Shown here: positions 52,851 to 64,000 of the stretch, in pieces | How positions within the stretch are numbered: the stretch's first letter is position 1 | Layout of the letters: each line of letters starts with the position of its first letter | From: Octopus bimaculoides | Lineage: Eukaryota | Assembly (NCBI RefSeq): GCF_001194135.2 | Contig: NC_069007.1 | Location: forward strand, 1,226,035 to 1,290,034 | DNA length: 64,000 nt | Direction: 5' to 3' | Position numbers and translations under genes: made by a program | Notes under the pieces: generated by a model | Databases searched by the model: none | The model's input: only the letters and a program-made list of their open reading frames with translations | What the model was told of the DNA's origin: nothing

Positions 52851-53814
52851 ACACAGACACACACACACACATTTTGCTTAACAAACACTGTATAAGTTTT
52901 TATGAGCTGCTAATAGTTTCATGCTATGAAAACTGCTCAGGCTGCATGTTTTAATATGTCTGGTGCATTCACGTAATCGTCAGCCTCCGCCGAAATGGCA
53001 TTAGAAGAGGAACAAGATGATAGGATTAGAGAAAATGTGAGAAAAGACGAGAAGGAAGTAGATAAAAATGGCAGAATATTGAAAACACCGGGAAGTGAAA
53101 CAGAAAACGGAGAAAAAAGGAAGGGGAGAATTAAAGTTAACGCTTAATGGATAAGGGCCCAGAGTCTGCTTAGAGCCTGCCTGGTGTCTACGGACCAGCT
53201 TCTCAATCCGGAAAGAGTGATATCTTCCAATTACCCAACAGGAACTTAGCCATATGTCTATATCCACTGAAGTTTTCAGATCTGGAATTCAGCAGTGCGC
53301 TGGAGTTCTTGGAACTGAAAAGGGTCTGTGATCGTTCAGCTACGCATAGCTTATATTTTTTTTGATCTGTTGACATGTGGTGCGGACTTTTCACCTATTT
53401 TCTACTTGATGATATGTGGTGTGGCGTTAAAATTCAAACCTCATACGTGGCTAGATAACTTAGTGGCACTTACTGTTTTTGTCCCTGTTCCGGATGGAAG
53501 ATGTGATTAGCATAGCCCGAGAAGATAACACCTTACTATAATAGTATCGTTGTTTATATATAAATGTCGCTTTGAGTGCGAATCTTTGTCTTGATGATTT
53601 CTTTTGTCGTTTACCACGGCTTTCAAAGCAGTGTCACTTTGCTCATCACTCTGTAATTTTGTTCGGCAACAGAAGAATAAAATTATTACTAGACTGAAAA
53701 AAAAAACGTAAGTATTGGGGGCACTGTTTTCGATTAAACCGTCAAAGGTGGTGCTCCAGAATGACCGCGGTGAAATGACTGAAACACGTAAGCGATAGAC
53801 GATTATAAAATATC

Positions 53815-54290
53815 TACAGAATGACTTCGACGTCTTTTACAGAGTGACCGAAGAAAACCACATGAAATTCAATGCTATCAAGTTCCAAAGCTTCGCCGAT
53901 AGTACTTTGGTCCAGAAATAATTGTGAGAAGAATGAATCGCTGGGAATTTTAATACGGAAAGACGGATCGCTCCATTTGCACATTAGAAAAATGGCAAAA
54001 GACGTGCAGAAGATGGGCATAATCGATCATAAGGTCATTCAAATGAAAAGTACAAGTGATCGTGCTTGATCTCTGAAAATCATTCCTTCTTAGCTATCGA
54101 TAATAATGCTCCTCCAGCTACGGGGGCCGCATACTGTCAAGCTCAGCAGCGGACTGGATGCGATCCAAACAACTTATGTGAAATAATATTGATTCCATGC
54201 AGAAAATGAGATATTAGGAAAGATTGAAAGCTTTGAGGTTATATTCCCTTAGGAATTTTATGTCGAAATATTAGCTACTGAGAGAATTTA
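53815..54290 (+). mobile_element. CR1/L2-like LINE 3' ORF2 fragment (decayed)
   Basis: EENHMKFNAIKFQS, LGILIRKDGSLHLHI and QKMRY*ERLKALRLYSL match the post-RT motifs of CR1-group elements. Multiple stops and frameshifts. A SINE-B tail lies just upstream at about 53715-53800. Confidence 0.75.
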
Positions 54291-54464
54291 TCATGCAAGG
54301 AGGCGAAGAGAAATTGTTTGATACAGAATAGTAGTGTATAATCGTATAGTATGGATTTGTTAACTTTTAGATATTTAAGCAAGTCTATTTATCTATCTAT
54401 CTGTCTATCTATATCTATCTGTCTCTCTAATTTCTCTGTATGTTTCTCACTCTTTGTCTCTGTC

Positions 54465-54474
54465 TATCTATTTA

Positions 54475-54513
<39 letters not shown>

Positions 54514-54618
54514 TCTCTATCTATCAATCTTCTCTCTCTCTCTATCTATCAATCTTCTCTCTCTCTCTATCTATCAATCTTCTCTCTCTCTCTATCTATC
54601 AATCTTCTCTCTCTCTCT
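54465..54618. repeat. Minisatellite TAT(C/T)TATCAATCT(TC)n x5
   Basis: Seen directly; it runs into an N-gap. Confidence 0.9.
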
Positions 54619-54871
54619 NNNNNNNNNNNNNNNNNNNNNNNNNNNNNNNNNNNNNNNNNNNNNNNNNNNNNNNNNNNNNNNNNNNNNNNNNNNNNNNNNN
54701 NNNNNNNNNNNNNNNNNNNNNNNNNNNNNNNNNNNNNNNNNNNNNNNNNNNNNNNNNNNNNNNNNNNNNNNNNNNNNNNNNNNNNNNNNNNNNNNNNNNN
54801 NNNNNNNNNNNNNNNNNNNNNNNNNNNNNNNNNNNNNNNNNNNTATATATGTATATATGCACATGTATGTG

Positions 54872-54918
<47 letters not shown>

Positions 54919-55670
54919 GTGTTTGAGTATTTGTGCCTCTGTCGCATTTCCACCGCTTGCCATCCGGTGCTGGTTTCCTTACCTCCTCGTAAACCACAGT
55001 TTGGGAAAAGAGAACTTCTACCGCTAACTATCGTATTCTCCTGATGTAGCAGCATCTTCAAATGATTGCCTTTTCTTTCCGCTCTCCACAACAGGATGCG
55101 TGGTTGTTTCGTTCAGCAACGACGCGGAACTGTAAATGTGGCTTCACGACGTCAGTTGAACAAACGGTGATTTCCGAGGCGATGTCATTGACAGGCGACT
55201 GGAAAGCTGGCAAGAAGTCGCCAACAAAGAAGGAGATTATATTATTCACTGATTTATCGAAATTTGTGATGAGAAAAAAAGATCTCAAGCTAATACGATA
55301 GAAATTCACCTTACAATCCATTACTTGTTATTACTATTTGAATTCCGGTCACCGAAAGGTGATAAGACCAATGAATAAAGGACTTTCGGTCTTGGGTAAT
55401 TATTTATGAGTCTACGACTACGTTCTTCATTGTGATCCAACAAATTTAGGCCGGGTGTGTATAATATGAGTCAGATAATTTGATGGGTGTTGCAGACTAA
55501 AGTCACGTTTAAATGGTCTCATTTTGGATCACTTAACTCGAGATGTGCTTATCGTGTTCTGGCTGGAAAGAAATTTCGGTGGAGGAAACCAAAAGATGAG
55601 AATGTGTTCCGGCTATCAATGCTAAATTTAAAGGCTTCCTTTTAAGATAGTGTGCTTCGAATCAATGTAT

Positions 55671-55740
<70 letters not shown>

Positions 55741-56162
55741 CACATATATATATCACATATATATATATATATATATATATACGAGAGAGAGAGGCACACA
55801 TATATATATATATATATATACACAAACATACAAACATATATATTTATATACATGTGGTAATGTGCTTATACATTTATACATGCATGCATATGTGTGTGTG
55901 CGAGCATGTGTACATATGCGTGTGTCTGCATGTATGCGTGTTTGTGCCTGGGTGCGTAGGTGCGCATATGTGTGTATCTGCATGTGTGTATGCATACGTA
56001 TATGTGCGTGTGTGTGTGTGTGTATGCGTGCGCATATGTGTTTGTGTGTGCGCGCGCATAACGTGTAATCCTTAAGAATTTGGCAAGCTCTCCGATATCA
56101 CACGTAGTTGTGTTAGATGTTTCTGCTGCTGGTTCTGTTTGATTTATGTTAGTTCCGCTTAC

Positions 56163-56208
56163 GCAGATCCCGAGCAACTTCGATCCCTTTGATCCACCTG
56201 AGAAAATC
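56163..56208 (-). CDS. Candidate short coding exon (DFLRWIKGIEVARDL), gene unknown
   Basis: CTCACTCTGTCCAATAG acceptor (alternative TTTTCTCAG 11 nt further on), GTAAGC donor, and an amphipathic WIxxI helix reminiscent of PH-domain C-termini (inference). Confidence 0.3.
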
Positions 56209-57689
56209 CTATTGGACAGAGTGAGCAATTACTTAAACTTGTGTTGTGGAATAATGGAACTGCACTTAAAAGAGACCCTTCCCAAACGCAGGCCCTGGGT
56301 ATCATTTTGTTCATAGAAGACGATTAGTTGTATGTCTATGCTACAGTGCCCTCTCTACCATATGTATTACCCCAAGAAATCAAATGCTAGAAGAGATACC
56401 GCAAAGCACCCCGTCCCCTTATCTAACACCTCTTGCGCCTGCTGACACGTTAGTTTTTGAACTTCGAAATCGAGAAAGCAACACATACCAAGGTAAGATT
56501 TGACCTCAAAACTCAGAAACCCCGGATAAATACAAAAGTTTTTCTGTTTACCATTTTAACGAAACTAAACTCATTCACCACTTTAGCACATCTTTATACA
56601 TGAATGTCTACATTTAATTAAATTCCATATCGAAAGCGGAGCGTTAAGGGCATTTCGGGAGATATGAAATCAAAGTATCTAAAATGAAAATTCAATAGAT
56701 ATTTTTTACTAGCAGGGCGGGGGAAAGGGAAAATGCATATGGTCTTCACAGGCCCTAATGCATTGCTGAGATTAATGCTATGAATGTTCTTATACCACCG
56801 TTGTAAGTGAGCATTTCAGGGAAAAACTTCAACAGAAAAATATCTTTCAGAGTGTCGACCTTCTGGCATGAAAAGCCTGGGTACAACGCTTAGTGACGGG
56901 CATGGTTAAGTCAGACACGACAATGAAGATGGTAGGCTAATTAACAAACTGAACAGGAGAACATGAGTGGGGGTGGCAAGGGGCCCAGCCATCTCTGAGA
57001 AGCAAAGCGTTTCATAGTAGATGTAGTAATGGACGTGTAGTAATGAATCGAAATGTGCAGCAGCAGCAACAGCGATAACATCACCGTTCCACAAGCTAAC
57101 TTCACATAACATTTGTTAAGTTACCTGAAGCAAAATGGGGCGGTGGGGTATTCAAATTTCAACAAGTACGTGAGATTTGCGTGTGTCGCTAATGAAATTT
57201 ATGAGTTCATACGGAGACATTAACCTACAACACATTGAAATGTGTTTTATGTTCCACAATAAAGCGTCTAAAATAGAAACGTCTCATTTCTTTCTTCCTT
57301 CTCGACTTTAGTACCTATTCTGTCCCTTTATGTTTTTCGCTTGAGGGAAATTTCGCCGCTATTTCTTACAATTCACTGAATGACGTCAGTGACCTGCCTC
57401 AATGCCTTATATTAATGTCAGATATGTTTACTAAATCTACCACCGGGTAGCATCTCCTTGCATATCATATTATCAGAAGGGATATAATCGTGCGAGGAAG
57501 GATTATTATGGTTCTGCGACTAGAAATAGATATCATACTCTATTGCCTGAAATAGGAAGAGGACACATGAAGAATTAAAAGTATTTTAACCAGAATCATA
57601 CGGATTTTACAGACAAAAAATGTAGTAGTTGTTATTCCAACGATGTAGTTGTTGTTATTGTTTATTTAACCATTAATTATCTCAGATTC

Positions 57690-57860
57690 TGTGAAAACAC
57701 GTGATATGCTCGATCACATTTCCGACTCAAGGACCGTGCGGTGCTTTACGTTGTCGAACAAGCAATTTATTTTATGTTGCTCCAATTCATCCAGCTGTAA
57801 ATGAATTCAAGCAATTGCAGGGAAGTTACCCCTTCGAGGGACTGGCTTTCCATCCACTGG
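57690..57860 (+). mobile_element. Diverged SINE (family D)
   Basis: TTATGTTGCTCCAATTCATCCAGCTGTAAATG central block; related to 30870-31005. Confidence 0.45.
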
Positions 57861-58778
57861 GACTTGTAGTAGTTACGGTAATTTACACGTCATGGAAGCC
57901 TGGTTAAACACGAACCTGATGAGTCCTAAGGGTCTATTTCTGTTTCCATATTTCTACGTTCAAAAGCATTCCATTCATTGACAACCCCATCTTCTGTCTC
58001 CGACAACCATGTGTAACATGATTAAATTTCTTCCCATTATTTGAAAGTCGAACGAAGAAAGATATCTCTTGTGATATTGTTATTTAGCTGGTATTTCTAA
58101 CGTATCTCGCGACCAGAAGAAGCTACCTAACTGTCGAGACCAGAACAATCGTTTATCGTGACTCATGCACGCAACACATTCGACTGCAGCTGGTCTATGA
58201 CAAATGATTGCCGAAAGTAATTCTTGTTAGAATGCTAGAATACATTTTCGGATCATTCTTCGAAATTAACTTCTGCACGTACAGTTGCAAAAATCTCTAA
58301 CTCGTCTTACACTGTCACAGCTTGTGATGTGTGGATTGGGAATTTAAAATATAAACTAAAACTTCCTACGCTTCACATATACACCCACACACATAGATAT
58401 GTCTGTGAATTTGTAGAACCATATAGCCATGTATACATGTGTGCTGGAACCGAAGATAATATATATTGCTCGAATTTCTACATTCAAACATCTGCGCGTA
58501 TCTTCTAGAGGATGACATCAAAATTTTCAACGTTTTGATATATGTATTTGTTCGTGAGTCAATAATATACACTTACATACATACATAAATATGTACATAT
58601 ATATATATGTATGCATAAATGAACGCATACATATATACACTCAGACACGCTCACAACAGTATGTTGATATCGTAGTATTCATGCTTGAGAGAATAATACA
58701 TACATTTATACATACACACATACATATATTAAGTACACATGTGTATAGTTATTTGTGTATCTGTTTTGTGTGCTCGTA

Positions 58779-58809
<31 letters not shown>

Positions 58810-59879
58810 NNNNNNNNNNNNNNNNNNNNNNNNNNNNNNNNNNNNNNNNNNNNNNNNNNNNNNNNNNNNNNNNNNNNNNNNNNNNNNNNNNNNNNNNNNN
58901 NNNNNNNNNNNNNNNNNNNNNNNNNNNNNNNNNNNNNNNNNNNNNNNNNNNNNNNNNNNNNNNNNNNNNNNNNNNNNNNNNNNNNNNNNNNNNNNNNNNN
59001 NNNNNNNNNNNNNNNNNNNNNNNNNNNNNNNNNNNNNNNNNNNNNNNNNNNNNNNNNNNNNNNNNNNNNNNNNNNNNNNNNNNNNNNNNNNNNNNNNNNN
59101 NNNNNNNNNNNNNNNNNNNNNNNNNNNNNNNNNNNNNNNNNNNNNNNNNNNNNNNNNNNNNNNNNNNNNNNNNNNNNNNNNNNNNNNNNNNNNNNNNNNN
59201 NNNNNNNNNNNNNNNNNNNNNNNNNNNNNNNNNNNNNNNNNNNNNNNNNNNNNNNNNNNNNNNNNNNNNNNNNNNNNNNNNNNNNNNNNNNNNNNNNNNN
59301 NNNNNNNNNNNNNNNNNNNNNNNNNNNNNNNNNNNNNNNNNNNNNNNNNNNNNNNNNNNNNNNNNNNNNNNNNNNNNNNNNNNNNNNNNNNNNNNNNNNN
59401 NNNNNNNNNNNNNNNNNNNNNNNNNNNNNNNNNNNNNNNNNNNNNNNNNNNNNNNNNNNNNNNNNNNNNNNNNNNNNNNNNNNNNNNNNNNNNNNNNNNN
59501 NNNNNNNNNNNNNNNNNNNNNNNNNNNNNNNNNNNNNNNNNNTATATATAGGGAATTTAATATATGTATATATATATTTATATATATGTGTGTGTGTGTG
59601 TGTGTATATATATAGCGAGAGAGAGAGAGAGAGTGAGAGAGATAGGGAATGGTATGAATCCATTCGGTGGCAATAATTTCTCTGCTATTTTGAGTTACAA
59701 ATTCTTCTAATGCTATCTATTATGACACATTTTCTTCGAACATTTACGATCTCTGATAACGTAATATGTCTGTAGAGGATTCAAGAAACGCAGCAAAATA
59801 TTTTGGCAGGGAACACATCAATTCTCGCCATCTTGTATAATTCCATTAACATGAAAAATCCTCTTATTATTATTATGTC

Positions 59880-59960
59880 GTACGAGAGATCAATTTCATG
59901 TTATCCTTTCGAGGTCGATAAATTAAGTACCACTGAATCACTGGGCTGATGAAATTGACC
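59880..59960 (+). mobile_element. SINE family A body fragment
   Basis: ATCCTTTCGAGGTCGATAAATTAAGTACCACTG. Confidence 0.7.
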
Positions 59961-61607
59961 ATTTCCAGGTTATTGTTACTATTTATTGAAGTTTTTGTAT
60001 GCATGCTCCAATAAGTTCATTCCTTCACGTATATTATTATGAGAGCGCGAGAGACAGACAGACAGACAGAGAGAGACAGAGGAGAGATGCGTAGAAAGGT
60101 GGGGATAGATGAGAGAGAGAAGTGGGTGTTAGATACCAGTGCCAGTATGAGTTCTACTTAATAATTGGAATTGCTTCGGTGGGATTTGAAATCAGAGTAG
60201 AAGCTTTGTGCACAATACAACAACGTCACGTTTCAACGCCACAGTGCGCTTGGCTGCTTTCAAAAACCAACTTGAAACATGTATATGTGGTGCCGTGGAC
60301 AAAACTAAGTGCAGATCAGCTGGATAAGAAAAGTTCGTGTTGTATTTGTTGCTGTCTAATTTACAATTGATTTTAAAGGATCATTTAAGAGAGACTTGAA
60401 TGGAACACATGCCTTGTAAGGGTGTTTGTGAGCAGGTATGTAGCTTCGTTGTGGAAGGACATATACATATATGAGAATATAAAACTACGTATCAAAATGG
60501 TAAGTCCCATACATATACACACAGATACGCATGTCTTCCCAGAATGCACGCAGTTATTACAAGGGAGATAATCATTTCTTTATAAGATTCTAAGTGATTA
60601 GGAATGTGAAAAAGAAATTAAGAAATTATAAAGGAAAAAAAAAACGAATAGAATTCTCTAATGAATTATCTATTACTTATTAAGTATTTAATTACTTGTT
60701 ACTATATGCAAAACTTTAAAATTTCTAGTTGATGGTAGTTATGTACACAGGTATTTCATTCCATTTAGAAATTGGCAGCATGATATAAGCAGCGAATACG
60801 ACATGATAGCCAGTCAATGCTCTATATACGTTAAGTAGGTCACTCATGGCGCATAATATTTAACATCGTTTCAATTGTGCACACGGGAAACCTAACCCTA
60901 AATATGCAACACTCATGCGTTGTATGAGTGTGGTAAATTTCGGTAAGTCGTGGTACAAACAAACAACAGATTTTATCATAAATTACTGCGTTTTAGCCTC
61001 GGGAAATTTCTTCTTATTTCAGTTGGACACTTTTGGAAATGAAATCACATATATTTACATCTTAAACCCCATCTATTCCTTATTATCGCTCTTGTATCAG
61101 GAATTTTATATATAAATAAATATATATATATANNNNNNNNNNNNNNNNNNNNNNNNNNNNNNNNNNNNNNNNNNNNNNNNNNNNNNNNNNNNNNNNNNNN
61201 NNNNNNNNNNNNNNNNNNNNNNNNNNNNNNNNNNNNNNNNNNNNNNNNNNNNNNNNNNNNNNNNNNNNNNNNNNNNNNNNNNNNNNNNNNNNNNNNNNNN
61301 NNNNNNNNNNNNNNNNNNNNNNNNNNNNNNNNNNNNNNNNNNNNNNNNNNNNNNNNNNNNNNNNNNNNNNNNNNNNNNNNNNNNNNNNNNNNNNNNNNNN
61401 NNNNNNNNNNNNNNNNNNNNNNNNNNNNNNNNNNNNNNNNNNNNNNNNNNNNNNNNNNNNNNNNNNNNNNNNNNNNNNNNNNNNNNNNNNNNNNNNNNNN
61501 NNNNNNNNNNNNNNNNNNNNNNNNNNNNNNNNNNNNNNNNNNNNNNNNNNNNNNNNNNNNNNNNNNNNNNNNNNNNNNNNNNNNNNNNNNNNNNNNNNNN
61601 NNNNNNN

Positions 61608-61640
<33 letters not shown>

Positions 61641-61889
61641 CACAGAGACAGACATACACATGCGCACACGCCCACACATATATATGAATGTATATATATG
61701 TACGTTATAGCTTTTTATACGAATATTGCTTCAACGCGCACTGACATGTTCTCTTAATGCTTCAGCCCCTACAGTGTGGCCCAGGTTTGAGGAAAGGAGT
61801 TTCAATATATTGCTCATTTTGTTTATAAATTGTGATATTTTAGTAGGTAAGTTATAGAAAAAGGATATGAGATTTATTTCTCCAAAATG

Positions 61890-62835
61890 TTAAAGATGAC
61901 ATGACATCCTTTAAATGTCATCCGTTTTCTAATTCGCATAAACGTGCTCCATCCTAGGCGTTTTCCATAACAGCCTTCCACGTTTGTGGCTCCAGTGATC
62001 TAATTTCTGTTGTAATGTTATTTTTAAGATCTGCAATTGTTTAAGTCATGTTGAGAATCTTTCCCCCTAAGATAGCCCCTTGGAAAGTCTGGAGCGGGTT
62101 AGTTCTGAAAATCGTGAAATTAATTTTCTATCAAAACTTTTCCTCAACATTTCATTTGTTTTCCTTGCTGCGAGAGTCGTGGCTCCATCCTGCTGGAACC
62201 ACTGCCAGGCATTTCTTGAAGCGTCGGACGCAAGAAATTCATCTCAAGTGACAGTAAAAGCGTCTCCATCCTCATTTTCGAAGAAATAAGGTCTTATGAC
62301 TTTTCCTGAGCTCATCCCACAGTAGACCCTAAAATGAATGGGATGCAGATCTGTTTGATGTATTGCCGTAGGAATACCTGAACTCTGAATCCTGCAGTTT
62401 TGTTTATCAATAAATCCATTCAATTAAAAATGGGCGTCATCTGACAAAATCAACTTATGAAAAAATTCTGGATTTTCTGTTACTAATTCTTGGAATCTTG
62501 TGGCATTTTGTATCTTAGCCACATAATATAGTTCTTTCAGCTGCTGTTCCAATCGGATTTTATACGGAAAAAGATCCATTGTTTTTAAAATTCGTTCTAG
62601 CGATATCCTGCAGTCGCCAACTTGACCAGAGCGCGTTGCAAACTTGTCAGGCTTTCCCAGTAGCTGAATTAACGGTTTCTCTAAACGCATATATATATTT
62701 AGCACATTTCGGGTCTTCTTCAATACTCTCCCTTACACACCTGGCCGTGGCTTCGTTTCCAACGGAGCGGTGTTTGCCTATTCTTGGAAGGTCACTTACT
62801 TGATCCTCAAAACGACAACTTAGTCGCTTGACTAT
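61890..62835 (-). mobile_element. Tc1/mariner superfamily transposase relic, rosa (DD41D)-like
   Basis: Minus-strand translations DLFPYKIRLEQQLK..LILSDDAHF, LNGFIDKQNCRI, RPYFFENEDG and WFQQDGAT match the SDEAHF.LNG.VNKQNCR / GPYFFE / WFQQDGAT signature. Stops, frameshifts and deletions present; no TIR found. Confidence 0.82.
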
Positions 62836-63237
62836 GTGAATATATTTCTCTATGTGTCTGCACGCATATGTTGGTGTGTGTGTGTGTTTATATATATATA
62901 TATACACATATATATAAGTGAACTATAGATTAGAACCACTAAGCAGTGTCTTATGTGAATAGAAACTCGTTACAGGTTCAGGCATGTTTGTGTAATTTTC
63001 CGGAAAAATAAGGAAGTAATTGACTGCATTTTGTGGTGAAGAAAAATTCATGCTTTATAAAAAACTCACTTAGAAGCAAATCTCGAGCGACTGCAATGCA
63101 AGCTATCTCCAATAATTCTCAAGCTAAATCACCTTGACTGGTGGCCCCAACTGGTTTCCCGGCCGTAGTAAAATACTGGATAGAAGCGCCACCATTAACA
63201 ATGTTTTCAATGGAGTCTAAGAGAGACCTAATGTCGT

Positions 63238-63305
63238 AGTCAGTTCAGAGTTGCCTTTTTCCGGTATTCTCTGCTGACGAGAGGCTACTTTGAAATGCGC
63301 GCATC
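63238..63305 (+). ncRNA. Degenerate hammerhead motif (type III-like topology)
   Basis: GTT triplet (63243-45), stem I CAGAG (63246-50)/CTCTG (63269-73), CTGACGA (63274-80), wobble stem II GAGG/CTTT, GAAA (63292-95). Stem III is imperfect. Confidence 0.4.
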
Positions 63306-63799
63306 ATTCGATCTGCATACAGTGCTCTCCAAATTGCCGTGATATTTCCAACATTTTGGCGAAAGATAGAAACTTTCTCCATACAGTGTACAAAATGCAG
63401 TGTACGGTTTTTTCTATCGGGTTTTAATATATCTAAAACATATTTGAACTTGCAACAATTTTATGTTTACCATATATATAAATCACACAATTGTATTTGT
63501 TTCACGTGATAGAAATAATATATCTGTTGTACCTTCAGTAGATTTTTGTCTTGGAGGTCATTCCATAGTTAATGCAATATATATAAACTACGATTAACAG
63601 TGCAAGATTTTGGATAATTTAAGGTTGTGATTTGGCAGCTGTTTTGCGATAGTACGATTCTTCGTATAATGAATTTACGAGTGTGTGTGTGTAAGCGTGT
63701 GTGTGTGAGCGCGCACGTGTATGTCCGTGTGTTTATATACGCAAATATACGTACATATACGCAGGTATATATGTATCTGCATGTATATATGGATGTGTG

Positions 63800-63869
<70 letters not shown>

Positions 63870-64000
63870 TATATATTTGTACACATATATGTGTGTATGT
63901 TTGTGTGTGCGTACGAGTGCATGTGAGTGCTCGAACACAAAAGTACAATTTGCTTACACATGTCAACAGAGGTGTAACAATAAATGCCATGGAAATCTGT

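Noticed and set aside
52995-53147. 50-aa charged ORF MALEEEQDDRIRENVRK..
   Set aside because: GA-rich low-complexity DNA lacks stops by composition, and there is no good splice context.
53160-53400. Possible mariner C-terminal relic (..TLFSSKNSS..RIEKLVRR) on the minus strand
   Set aside because: Too short and interrupted to call.
57916-57934. CTGATGAGTCCTAAGGGTC
   Set aside because: It resembles the first half of a hammerhead, but GAAA and stem III are absent.

Overview
AT-rich, gapped eukaryotic (animal) scaffold with about 16 N-gaps, most abutting (TA)n. It is dense in di-, tri- and tetranucleotide repeats and tRNA-derived SINEs. The SINE families resemble those I recall from Octopus; this taxon call is recollection and inference, not a database result. 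I could not identify a confident host protein-coding gene. Nearly all listed ORFs are microsatellite or gap artefacts, and only isolated splice-site-bounded exon candidates remain. Supported features: (i) four tRNA-headed SINE families (my labels A-D, about 25 copies or fragments); (ii) decayed non-LTR retrotransposon pieces (R4/Dong-like, RTE RT, CR1-like); (iii) decayed Tc1/mariner pieces (maT/DD37D-type with TIR, rosa/DD41D-type, mariner N-terminus); (iv) a 223-bp near-perfect palindrome, a 190-bp direct duplication, a degenerate 3x170-bp SINE-like array and several minisatellites. The most interesting signal is a set of hammerhead-ribozyme cores (CTGANGA-stem II-GAAA) in mutually unrelated contexts at about 7.4, 17.8, 21.3, 50.3 and 63.3 kb. 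One (7390-7435) folds into a complete minimal type I hammerhead of the kind known from Penelope-like elements and retrozymes. There is no rRNA, CRISPR array or bona fide tRNA.
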